A stretch of 64,000 bases of DNA. Origin: Vicugna vicugna. Taxonomy: Eukaryota. Made by a program: the position numbers and the translations under genes. How positions within the stretch are numbered: position 1 is the first letter of the stretch; every line of letters starts with the position of its first letter. Shown piece by piece: positions 26,896 to 39,070 of the stretch. The notes below the pieces were generated by a model. The model was given only the letters and a program-made list of their open reading frames with translations. It had not been told where the DNA came from and ran no database searches. Location: assembly GCA_013265495.1 (NCBI GenBank), contig MU057744.1, positions 2,865,370 through 2,929,369 on the forward strand, written 5' to 3'.

Positions 26896-27402
26896 TGTTG
26901 CCGGTGAGTGGGTTCTTGTCACATCGCAGAAAGAATTCAGAGACCAGACGCGGAGGTTAAGACAGTAAAGGGGGGGTTTATTAAGGGATGAACAGGACAC
27001 TCTCAAGGTGGGAGCAGCAAGCCCAGGTGAGCAGCGGTCCCGAGTGAATTTCTTTGGCAAGCTGGTTAGATAGGGTGTGAAAATGGATGGGTGGGGTGCT
27101 CACTGGGGAGGGAAGGGCTTGCGTTCGTGTTCCCTGATGTCCATCCCAGCTCCACCTCCCGAGGGGAGGGGGGACTTTTGTCCTCATTTGGTCTGGATCG
27201 GAAGTGTCCTGGCCTCGGTGCATGACGGGCACCTCTCATCTGCAAGGCTGATTTTATTGAAATGAGGGCATAATGAGCAAAAGGTTGCATTCGGACGCTG
27301 GAGATTCCTGCCTTTTCCCACGTTTCTTCGTCGGCTCCAGGCCACTTGTCGCCCCAAATGTGTGATCTCTTGTCGGCTCAGAGGCTGTAAGGACTCTTCT
27401 AC
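26896..27402 (-). mobile_element. Solo ERV1-type LTR (MER41-group-like); right boundary uncertain
   Basis: TG start; GGGTTCTTG..AGAAAGAATTCAG motif shared with the LTR at 28291; reverse AATAAA at ~26977. No clean TSD found. Confidence 0.75.
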
Positions 27403-28290
27403 ATGCGCATCCCATCCCGATGGTGTTTGCTCAGGGAGAATTAACAAATATGCTTGAATGAATGGGCTCCTACCTCTCCCGTAGGTGTTCATTGTGACTA
27501 GTAACTGTAGAGCAATGAAGCCGGTATGGAGAGACTTCAAATAACGGGTGTTTCAGAGCTCTGGAGTTGTTTTCCTTTTTGATGAGCAAAATAAATTAGA
27601 AAATCAGAAGATTTTAGGACATGTTAAATTTCATATTCAATTTGGGCAGATGAACAACCAAAATAGCACACGTTCAGGAGAAGCACTTTTCTTTTTGCAG
27701 ATTCGGTGGTTTTTCTGGGCAAATTTGCTCCTATTTGCTATCAGTCGTGAACACCACTCAAAAAAAAAAAAAAGAAGAAGAAGAAGAAGACGTGTAATTG
27801 ACAGCAGAGAGTGAAAGCGAATGAATTATTCACCAAAGCAATGAAATTCATAGTCTATAGTAAAACCATTTACAAAGAAATTGTAAGAGTCTAAGTCTTC
27901 TTCCCAAAGTGTAAATCCGTTTCTATAGCTAATTAAAACTTACAGATCAGCTGAAATAAAGTGAAGAAAAAAATCACCGTAATTCCACGAATTTCACCTT
28001 ACGAGAACAAAGCTGGTGTCTTGAGGACGTAGGAGTAATTTTCTCTTAAGACAAAGCTGTAGCTGTTTCTGAAATTGTCTCAAGGAGCGGTGTCATGCCC
28101 TTTGAGCAGGGATTCAAGAGATTTTTAAGGAAAATTAATAGAGAAAATGGTTAATGAAAAGAAAAGAATAATTATGGTTGTATAATAATCATAAAACTTT
28201 AGCAATCAAAGATAGCAATTAAAATGGAAGAAATGAATCAGTGAGAAAATTAGTTTTATCTTTTTGATAACATTGAATATATTTGGGGCT

Positions 28291-28822
28291 TGATACAGGA
28301 AGATGGGGCTCAAGAGGATGGCCATGTCCCAGGTCTCAGTTGAGTCCTGGGGACACGTGCCACCAAGTGAGGGTCCTTGGCTTCACGCAGGAAAGAATTC
28401 AAGAGCGAGCCACAGTTGAGTAAAAGTGGACTTATTTAGAGAGGTACACACTCCATAGACAGAGTGGGCCGTCTCAGAAGGTGAGGGTGTGAGAGGCCAC
28501 AAAGTGCGGTGTGGCAAGTTTTTGTGGGCTCGGTGACTTCATATGCTCACAAGTGGGAGGGTTATTCCAACTACCTTGGCGAAGGGGCTGGGACTCCCAG
28601 GAGTTGCGCCATCACCCACTTTTTGACCTTGAAACTGTTGTGGCGCTTGTGGGTGTGTGTCATTCATCATTCACATTACGACGAGCTCAAGGTCTACAGG
28701 AGGTTGACTCTGCAGCCATCTTGGGCCTCCCGGTCTACCGGGAGCGGAACCTCCCGCCGTCTGGGTGCTGCTTGCTGCATCCTTCCGTTAACGCTGCGCC
28801 CTGCCGCCTCCCTGCCGTCTCA
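28291..28822 (-). mobile_element. Solo ERV1 LTR (MER41-like), 532 bp, 4-bp TSD
   Basis: TG...CA termini; TSD GGCT at 28287-28290 and 28823-28826; GAGGGTCCTTGG..GAAAGAATTCAAGAGCGAG and GCCATCTTGG resemble recalled MER41-like consensus. Confidence 0.88.
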
Positions 28823-29744
28823 GGCTCGCTCAGTCAGTGAAGGCTGGGCAAGAAGGATGTTGGAGAGCAGAACATGTTTGCACAGACTCAGCTCCGTCTC
28901 CATTGCTGGGATAGCCAAGGCCCCTCCCGATTACAACGGCTCAGACCGTCCTCAGCATGGGGGCTGTCACGCTCCTGTGATCGTCATTATGACAGTGACC
29001 TAATTTCCTGACATCTGACTAGATTTATAGGATTCACTTCATGAATTAGACCGAGTATGTGTGTGCAGGTGTCAGTGAGTGTGTCAGGGATGAAGTAAAC
29101 GGCGACTACGTTATACGTGACTCTTTGTGGTTTGGAGAGGGGTTTCAGTTAGAGCTCTGACTTGATTTCCCCCCTCTCCCTTACACACTTTTACAGTATC
29201 TCTTGAACCCTGTAAGAGAATTGAGCTAAAGGGGAGGCTCCCCTTCCCTGCAGTTCATGTAAAGCTTGCCTCCTTCCGTCGCTTTCTCTGCTGACTACTG
29301 GATCCGTCTCTGCCGCAGAACACAGTACAATACACAATTGCAACCACACTTCTTTCCCATTCAAGCGGCAAGGAAAGAACACGAAGCACGTTCCTGTTAG
29401 TTCGTGCTGATCTAGAGACGCCGCTTCGCTCCCGTTCTTGGCGCGACTGCTCCCGAAGCCAGCAGCCTGGATGTGGTCGCACGAGGAATCTCCATTTTTC
29501 AGTTTCCAGGAGATGTAACCGTGTGTGAGGCTGTGTCCCTACGCTGGACACCTGCACAGCTCTTACCACCAATCCCGCCTTCCCCTTCTGTGTGCCTTTC
29601 TCAAGAAACAAGGATATTAACCCAAAGTTGTTGATAAACTATTGTTTCTAATTTACTCTTTATGGAAGTTAATCTTAAGTCATTAGCTAAACGTGGAAAT
29701 GACAGCAGTGCAGTGAGTTACACAGTATGTCTTATGTTGTGGGC

Positions 29745-29860
29745 ACTGGACCCCACACAGGAGAAACTGAGGGGGTAAGTACCTCACCACGTGTCACACA
29801 GGGACATGGGAGCTTCGGGACGTACACACAGGCTCAGCTTCTGTCAGATCCACTGCTCGG
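29745..29860 (-). mobile_element. MIR remnant
   Basis: GGAGAAACTGAGG..GTAAGTACCTCACCACGTGTCACACAG core. Confidence 0.55.
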
Positions 29861-32800
29861 CCTGCAAGCCGGCAGCTTCCGCACGTACCAGCATCTCCAA
29901 GCCACCACTTCTCACCTTCACAGCAGGATGACTCCAAAGTGTGCCTTCTAAGGATGAAGCAAACATTAAAAAATAAATGAGTATGTTGACTTCTATTTAT
30001 TTTTTGAAGGAAAAGAGAGGATCAGGGGTGTTTATGACTTTGGAAATACATTTTTACTTCTCTTTATGAATATCTCACAACCAGAACATTAATTTAAAAA
30101 TAATCCCACGATGTATGGCCGTAAGCATTTTTGTAAACACCTAATTATTGGGGTTTCGTTTCTGCATAATTTCTGGCATAATTAATAGAATGGCTCCTTC
30201 ACAGAGCTGAAAAGGAATGCAAGTCAAACTAGTTCATTTTTTAGCAGAATACGTGGCATTAAGCTTTTTTTTAAGGCTTCACCGTAGATTAAATATCAAG
30301 AGTTCATACTGATGGGCTATTGACATGGTTTTCCCTCCTTCTGACCACAACTTGAATGTTCTTGGAGGCTGCTTCTTACACACAAGTTGTTATTTTTAAT
30401 GTGATCCTTCATTTGAGTATTAATGGCTTTTTTCCATTAAAGAATGAGACAATATTTTGGACAAAGCCAATAAATGTATGAAATTAGTGTCCACATCATA
30501 AAAAAAGTAACCCTCACTATTTCAGTGGCTAGAGTTAGAATGCTACTGAAGTTTTCATACCTGTTCTCATTTGTAGTCTTGGTCTAAACTATTTCAAATC
30601 CGGGGGGGAGGTTACAGTTCCCAATGAGCTGACGTAGGCTTGTTTCTGGTGTCATTCCCAACTGTTTCTATTGAAATTAGACAAAGAAGGCAAGTTGATA
30701 AAGTAAAAATACCTGCAAAAAGGTGATTCTGGAGAAATCCAGTTGTTCAGGTCAGGCCTGCAACGAAGCGAAGAAGCAGTTAGCAGGTAAGAAGCTCAGT
30801 GGAGATGGGAGTCACGTGCTCAGGAGGCACGAAGGGCTGAAGTCCGTGCTGCACGGCAGTGCAAGCCCTGCGATCCGCGCTGTTTAACTTTCCTTAAGCT
30901 TGCTTTGGATGGAGAAAAGAAAGAACAAAAACATTCAAAGGCTGAAGTCTAGAGGACTCGGAAACAAACAGTCTCATTCATGTAATTCTGATTCGATGAA
31001 ATAAAATATATTTCAAACTAACAAGTATTGGCGTAAGAAGAATCCTTCCAAACTAGATCCCCTGAATGACTTCGTGTCCAAGGCATTAAAAACTCAGGAC
31101 ATGCCAGTAAACTTCCCTAGATCCAGGTGTGTCACAATAATTCACAGGAAATTAAATAAACTTCCCATTCAGTCATATTTTTTAAAAATTGGCTTTGCTA
31201 TTCCTCATGCAATGGCAGCTAAAACATGCTCTGTTATCCTGCGTGCAGACGTGGAAGGCACTGAAGATTGGGGCATTCTGTGCTGCATTTAGTGTGTTTA
31301 TACTGATCATGGGGTATTTTCACGTAAACCAGCCCAAAAGTTGCTTTTCCATATCTTAATCCCAGCGTAAGGTAGTGGCAGGAAGACATGCCAGCTGGAA
31401 TAACCCAAAGGAAGGCCGGTGCTTACAAAGGGGTACAGCTTCACTTCACGTCTGAAAACATATACAGGCAGGTCTGCTTGAAGAATATTCTTTAGGTTTG
31501 TCATTTGATTTGACTGAAGTCAGAAATGTGACATATCACAGTTGGTGGATTGAAACATTCTTCTGGTTTGACTAAATATCCTGTTGGTGGAGTATATGTC
31601 CACACTGTACCGTTATTTAATAGACCAAGCTCTGGCTTTTACTGTTGTACATAAATAACCATAAAGAAGATTGCATAAGTAATTGAATGTGCTGTATAGT
31701 GACTCACTGTGACTATATAAATAACCCTTGATTATGCACAGAATATATGCACATTTGCCACCTTAACAGCAACAAATGATGCAAAGTAGATGTGGGAAAC
31801 CAAAAGCCAGATGATTCACCTCTTCTTGGTACAGCAGTGAGCGTCGATAATTCACGCAGATGGTACATTAAAAATCTTGTGGGTTTTTTCCAAAGGTGTA
31901 TTAGGAAAGTCTGATGTTCGTAAACAGGATGCAGATAATGACAAGCACCATTCCAGTTACAAGCTTCGAGCAGAGAAGAGTGGTTTCCTTATTACCCAAA
32001 AGCCAGTGGTCATTTGCACTTTTCCACAAGGATCGTGAGGACAGAGAACGGTCTGGATACCGATGGTCTTTTTATTTCCACTTTGTGACCCAGCCTCACT
32101 GAAGTTAATACATCCCACTTCTTTCTACATTTGGAAAAGAACAGAAAAGGAGGGGAGAGAGAGACAGACTGCAGAAGGAGTAAAAGAAAGAGCCAGCAGC
32201 AGTAGCATGGCATCAAGCCAGAGAAATTAAGCTCCAGGAAGAACAGGGTCATCCAGTCCGATGAGCAGTGGCCCCAGAACTCAGCTGCTTAAGGAACAGC
32301 CGTTTATCTGTTCCTGACCCTGGTGGCTGGTGCCTGGGGCTGGGCGCAGCTGGGGTGGGTGGTCCCTGCTCACGCAGGTTTGTGGTCCTCAGGCCTTCAG
32401 CCCCCAGCAGGCTGTTTGTTTGTTTGTTTCACTGTGTTGTGGTTTTTAATGTTGAAAGAGCAGCAATAGAGAGCAGCCTCCAGGCAGCCGGTCCTTTTCA
32501 GGTTCCTGGTGGCCCTCTGGACCCAGCACGGCTGGAATGCAAGGAGAGCCGCACAGGCCTGAGGCTGGAGGGGGGCGCGAGCCCTTGGGTGCTGCTGCTG
32601 GGACACTGTGCCACAGGTGACGCCGCCCACGGCGTCCCAGGCTAAAGCGGCGGAGGCTGGGGGGGCGTCACTGGATTGGGTAGAGACAAGCGTTCGGAGA
32701 GTGAGGCACAGCCAGACTGAAAATGGAGACAGAGAGAGAATGGGAGGGAGGAAGCCGTCCTTTTGTGGGGGTTGTTGGCAAGAGGAGGAGGAGCAGCAGG

Positions 32801-35221
32801 CAGTGCCAGGAAGGCGGCCGCGACAGCGAAACCGGCCGCTTTGGCACCTGTTTGTTTGTTTCAGGTGGAGCGGGTATCAGCAGTTTTACACCCCCCGCCC
32901 CACCCCAGAGAGTCAGTAGAGAGGAAAGTATCAAAGGTTTGCCAGCCAGAGGCACAGCCCCTCTCTAGGCAAAGGCCAGAGATTGAACACGAGGGGCTGC
33001 CTCTGGTCCTCTTGAGCCCTGAGCTGAGGGGCAGGGCACGACGGCCGGGAAAGCGTCCACCTGCCTGTTACTGATTAAGCGTGGAGATCGTGTCGGAAGG
33101 TGTTTACGTGCACAGCAGTGTAGCTGGCGCTCGGACGGACTTCCTTGGAAATCCCCCTGACCTGCCGTCTCTCCGTAGCTGTGGAGCCCTCAAAGGCTGC
33201 CGTAATTGGCTTATCAAGAGCAATGAGAGCAGGTTCCTCAAATGATTTTCAATTTACTGTCTTCCTGATTGAGAGGAACGGGAACAAAGATTTTTCATAA
33301 CCCTGGAATTTAATCCTTGGGAACTTAAACAAAGGATTCTTTGTCAAAAAAAAAAAAAAAAAGCACGCGTAGGCTTTCCCAGCATCACGTTCATTTATCC
33401 CGTCAAACACTCCTGACACTATGGCTAATAAATGCGTGGCACTCCCTGGGCCGTGGGCAGGGAGCGGTCACATAAATCTAGTTCTCGTCGGTTGACGGCC
33501 GCGTGTTGGAGACGGGTGTTGGCCGCCTGCTCTCCGGACACAGCGTGTACACAGACTGCTTCCCATGCTTCCCTGGTGGCTGTGGATGTGAGCAGCTTCA
33601 GGGGGAAACAGCCACCTCCTGGCCCAAGGGTTCTGTGAAAGCAGCGAAATAACAGACTCACTCACCCCGTTTTGAAATGGGAATGGGAGAGAGTAAAGAA
33701 AGTCTCCTTTTCACTCTGAATTCAGGAAATCTCTCCGCCACCACGGTTAAGTTTGTTTCCAAAACTGAAAAGGCAAAAAGACCTAAGAGACTGTTGCAGA
33801 AATGGAAAGATCCCATAAAAAATAAAAAAGCAGGGAGTGGCAGGTGAGAGCTGTGCAAACCCATCCCACCTGCAGAAGGGAAGGCATTTTCTCACAAACA
33901 TCTGAGGCAACCTGATAACTGCCCTTTGCATAGTAAAAAACGCCGAGCGCGGGATTACACGGCGGCGGTTCCCAGACGTCTGCAAGCGCAAGGTTTGTCA
34001 TGTTTTTGACACTGACCAGCCCTCACCCCTGCGTCCCCCTCCCCAAAGGCTCTGGACTTTTTTAAGCACCTGGAGTCGTTGCAATGAAAGAGGCTGTAGG
34101 CACGACTCTGAAAGTGAGGGTGTCTTCTACTTGTGCGACCTCCCAGTCTAGTCTCTCCAGGCCTGCGGCCAGGCTCATCCGGCCCCAGTTCTACCCACTG
34201 GAGCGTCTGCTTCACCTCCTCCCACAACTCGGGTTGCAAGGTCCCACCTTACGCTCCCGGGCGATGCTGCACCAGTTCAAATGGTGCCCGTGGATCTTGT
34301 TTTGAAATGGTCTTGGCTTTCGGTTTTGTGTTTACCCCGTTTTCTCCTTGCTCAGTTGCTGTCAGGGAGCAGAGGGGAAAGGAGAGACAGGTGTCCCGGG
34401 CCACGCTTAACCGCTGTTCATGCAAAAGGGAGAGCCAAGGCAGAACTGGTTTCTACCAGCTACCACACAGAAGCAGAGTGTTTCTTACAGAGCCACGACT
34501 AAGATCAAGCAGGAGGGAGAATCTGAAGGGACACGCCAGCAAGTTTCAGTGTGGCATGAGGACTCCGTCCCCGGAGGCAGAGTCACCACTTCTGGGAGAG
34601 GGGCAGGGTGAGACGAGGAGGGGCCTAAGACCAATGTCCCAACCTTGACTCATCATTAAGGGCGGAGCAAAGCATCAACCATTAAGTGTTCAAACATCTC
34701 TGTCTACGGCTTCCCTTCAGCGCAGCCCCATAAGAACTCAGACACTGCTGACACTGGGCGGTGCTGGGTCTGGCACTGATGATTAAGACCAAGGCTGTGC
34801 ATTGGGGGAGCTCAAACTTCAGTAAACTGTGGGAAACACAACTGCGCACATGATGAATGTGACCGTGAGGCACCTGTAAAGCAATGCGGGAGCGTGGAGA
34901 CTAGATAAGGTCTGGAGAGCTGCAGACCGGGGGCTGGAGGGCGGGAAGCTGGCCGTAGGCAGTGACGGGAAAGGGACTCTGGACACTGCATGAGGGAGAG
35001 CACAGAAGAGGGTTAGGACGTCCCGCTTCAGAAGCCGAGTGTGGTGACAACGTAAGGTGTGGTGCCCGGGACGGCTGGGTCCTTTCAACGCTAGACAGAA
35101 GAGTGGGGTCATCACGAGAGTCACCAAACCAGTCAGCGTCTAAGTGTGTTTGGAACAGATGTTTGCTGAACAATAATATAAAAGAACATGAACACTTCAT
35201 AAAAAGTTTGTCTTTTATTCC

Positions 35222-35888
35222 TTTTTTTATTCAAGTATAGTTGATTTATAATGTTGTGTTAGCTTCAGGTGTATGGCATAGCAATCCAGTTATACACATA
35301 GATTCCTTTTCGTATTCTTTTTCACTATAGGTTATATTACAAGATACTGAGTAGAGTTCCCTGTGCTGTGCAGCAGGACCTTGTTGTTTATCTATTTTGT
35401 ATATTATAGTGTGTATCTGCTAATCTCAAACTCGTAATTTGTCCCTCCCCCCTCCCCCTCTGGTAACTATAAGTTTATTTTGTGTGTCTGGGAGCCTATT
35501 TCTGTATCTGTGGGTTTGTAAATAGGTTCATTTGTGTCCTTTTTTCGGATTCCACATGTAAGTGATTATCACATGGTGTTCGTCTTTCTCTGCCTGACTT
35601 TCTTCACTTAGTATAATAATCTCCAGGTCCATCCATGTTGTTGTTAATGGCATTTCACTCTTTTTTCTGGCTGAGTAGTACTCCGCTGTGTACATGCACC
35701 ACAGCTTCTTCATCCAGTCATCTGTCAGTGGACACTGAGTTTGTTTCCGTGTCTTGGCTGTTGTAAACAGTGCTGCTGTGAACGTTAGGGTGCACATGTC
35801 TTCTCAAATCATAGTTTTCTCAGGATACGTGCCCAGAAGTGGGATTGCAGGATCATTTGGTAAGCCTATTTTTAGTTTTTTAAAAGGA
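35222..35888 (-). mobile_element. L1 3' end (ORF2 tail plus 3' UTR)
   Basis: ORF MCTLTFTAALFTTAKT..W MDLEIIILSE; probable TSD TATTCCTT(T/C)TTT at 35216-35227 and 35889-35900. Confidence 0.92.
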
Positions 35889-36419
35889 TATTCCTTCTTT
35901 TAATAGCTGGATCTTCAAGCACAAAAATATTCCCTTAATTCACTAAACAATAACTTCTTTAAAAAGTGTGTACAGGAATTTGAAACATCTAACCAAAACC
36001 ACGTATGAAATTCCTTCACAGCCGACTGCAGTCAGGAAGGGTCTGAAATCACAGTGGATCCTTACTGTCACCAAAGGTTTAGAACTTTTTTCATGTGGGA
36101 GCTCAATAATTGAGCATGGTTTCAGTGGTCCCCCACCTGCAGAGCTCATCAAGTATAAATTTCCCAGTCAGTGAGCTGCCCCACTGTCTTTGTGATAGGA
36201 AAACACAATTCAGGAACAGAAAATAGAAATTAATCTTTTGTTCATATCTGTTCCAGTGAATTTGGCTAAATTTGGTCAGGCCTGGTTAAGACACATATGA
36301 ATTGAAGAGGAAGTTTCCCATCTTAAAAAAAGGCCTAGAAACAGTGACGGCCCAACAGCAACAGCGCACCGAGGGCCCGAGCCAGGGCCGCGTGGAGGAA
36401 CGGCTGGGTCTAAAACCAG

Positions 36420-37460
36420 GGCAGAGGAAGCGTCAGGCAAAGCTGGAGTGTCTTGTGGTGCAAGAAAGGTTTTTTTTGAAGGGCGGGATTTCAGAAAAAG
36501 ACATTAAAGTGTGTGCAAAGGCACAGGCTAGCCTAAAACAGCTCCAGTGGCTAAAGATGGAACAAACTGAGCTATGAGATAATGAAAAATATAACCTCTA
36601 GGGTAAAATAAATACCTAAGAATGCACAGTGATGTGGACAACTGATAGGGTGAATAGCGAGGAAGAGGGGACAGCTCTTCCTTGCTAAAAATTACAAATA
36701 TTAAATGTGAAAGGAACAAATTAAGGAAAAAAATCAGTAGACCACAGCAGCAGTAATTTATGCAGGCAAGGTTTACAAGTAGGTACTAAAATCGGGCAAG
36801 AGTTTAAGGGGAAACAGGTACTTGCGTAGTCCAAAATAGCTCCTCCAAGCGTTTCTTACATACTGAAAAATGCAGTGTAGACATGTGTCTGTAGGTAGAT
36901 AAGGAGATACGCTACCACTACAGTGAGAAGGTCTGGCCAGCAAGCACTGTAGCCAGACACCGTTTGGGCCAGGACTTTGTTTCACATCATCGGCGATAAG
37001 GTCTACTGACGGCACAGAGCCCCCGCTACGCGGCCCTGAGGGAGGAGCAGCACCCCTTTTGTGACATTCTGGCCCAAACACATGACCTGAATCTAATCGT
37101 GAGTGAATGCCAGACAAGCCTACGTGGGAAGGCACGCTGCAGAGTGACTGATCCGCACTCTTCAAACGTGCCAGGGACATCGAAGCTGAGCAAGACCGAG
37201 GAATTGTCAGGAAAACTAACAACCAAATGTGATGTGGAGATCTGAGTGGGAGCCTGGAGCCACAAAAGCCGTTGGCGGAAAGCAGGTGAAACCCAGACAC
37301 GATTACAATTTAGTGAGCTGCGCTGCGCTGCGCGACGCTTAACTCACTGGTTTTGCTAACTTCATTACTCTTAGGGGAAGCTACGTGAAAGGTTCACAAA
37401 ACACTACATTATTTTTGCAGCTTTTCTCTAATTCTCAAATTACTTAGAAATGTAAAAACA
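36420..37460 (+). mobile_element. L1MC4/5-like long 3' UTR remnant
   Basis: Recalled landmarks: CATGACCTGAATCTAATCGTGAG, CTCTTCAAACGTGCCAGG, ACAACCAAATGTGATGTG, TATTTTTGCAGCTTTTCT. Confidence 0.72.
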
Positions 37461-37839
37461 ATCCAGTCTTTACAGATAAAGCCCCCAGGGCTTTTGCCAA
37501 GGCCGATTCGACTTTGCCTGAGGCGTCCACGGCAGAGGACCTGCTGTAGTCCCAGGGAACACAGCTCCGGGGACGCTGAAACCACAGTTAACAATGGCAG
37601 GTCTTGGCCGAAACCCTCCCACGAAGGGGAGCTCACGGGATCAGCCAGAAGGAGAATTAGGACCCAGAAACTGGAGAAAACAGACCAGCATGAGAAAGAC
37701 CTTACAGTACGTCTTAAATGTTTAAAGAGATTAACAAAAATAAACAGCAGAAGAACAGCATATTCTGAAAGTTTAAGCAAACTTGACACAACCAAAAATT
37801 AATCCTCAAAAGAGAAACAAAGAAGTTTTAAAACATTTA

Positions 37840-37908
37840 CAGACGGTTCCCAACTTCCTATGGTTCAGTTTACGATTTTTTGACTTTACAACAGCAGGAA
37901 AGCAATAT
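37840..37908. mobile_element. Tigger-family (MER47-like) terminal fragment
   Basis: TA|CAGACGGTTCCCAACTTCCTATGGTTCAGTTTACGATTTTTTGACTTTAC: a TA target followed by a Tigger-type TIR. Confidence 0.65.
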
Positions 37909-38529
37909 CCAAAGCGGGGCCAGGGCCACAGGGGTCGATGTCAAATTCAGGGTATATTTTGAAGGTTTAAGTCCCAAGAGTTTTTGATAGAGATGATGTT
38001 TATTTAGGTATCTAGGTTATTATTGGCTTCGGTAAAGTTTTTGTTGTAATGGTAACTTTAAGTTAGGCAAAAGTTATCATTTGGCAAGTCACATTGTAGG
38101 AAATATATAGTAAACCTGTGAATGGATTCTCTACTTTACTAGTATTCAAATTTGACAACTGAAGATATAACATAATCATAAATGTCAAAAGATGGATAAT
38201 AAATAGTGTTGGCATGGATATAGGGAAATGAGCATGCTTACATGTTGGTACTGGATGATAAACTGCCCTGCCCTTTCTGGAAAGGAATTCAGCAAAAATT
38301 ATTTGATCAAGCAATAGAACTTAAAAAAAATTATCTTAGATACATAAAAACATTAATCCACCAGTATATTCTACACAAAGATATTTAAAGTAAATTGTAT
38401 TTCTAACAGTATTGTATGTCAGAGGAAAACACGGAAACATTCTAAGTGCTTATCAATAAAGGATGTTTGAAAATACAGTGCTTTATTTGTATACGGATTA
38501 AACCGTGTTTTGAAGTACTTACTAGAATG

Positions 38530-39070
38530 ATCCAAAACTACCTCATTTCTCCTCCTTTGAGCATGTGGTTTACTTTGTACTTTCTCATCCTCTTTTTTTA
38601 AAAAAATTTTTTAATTGAGGTATAGTCAGTTCCAACGTGTCGGTTTCTGGTGTACAGCACAGTGTCCAGCCATGCGTGTACAGATGTATATTTTCATATT
38701 CTTTTTCATTAAAGGTTATTACATGATATTGAATATACTTCCTGTGCGATACAGAAGTTTCTGTTTTATCTGTTTTTATATATAGTGGCTAACCTTTGCA
38801 AATCTCAGACTCCCAAATTTATCGCTTCCCACCCCCTCTCCCGGTGACCATAGGATTGTTTACTGTGTCTGTGAGTCTGTTTCTGTTTTGTGGATGAGTT
38901 CATTAGTGTCCTTTTTTCCTCTTTTCTTTCTTTTTCTTTTTTTTTAGATTCCACATTTGCGTGGTATCATATGGTATTTTTCTTTCTCTTTCTGTCTCAT
39001 CCCCTTGAAGTTAGGCATGGCCATATGTCCTGGTTTGGCCAATGAAATAAGAGCTTCTACGTTGAGCTGA
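38530..39070. mobile_element. MLT1 (MaLR) LTR remnant, split by L1
   Basis: CCCTTGAAGTTAGGCATGGCCATATGTCCTGGTTTGGCCAATGAAATAAGAGC is MLT1J-like. Confidence 0.6.
38595..38994 (-). mobile_element. Young L1 3' UTR fragment with TSD
   Basis: Collinear with 61-458; TSD TCTCATCC(T/C)CTT at 38583-38594 and 38995-39006. Confidence 0.95.

Noticed and set aside
26896..28822. Single internally deleted provirus
   Set aside because: The two LTRs differ in sequence, the second has its own TSD, and I see no PBS or gag/pol sequence between them.
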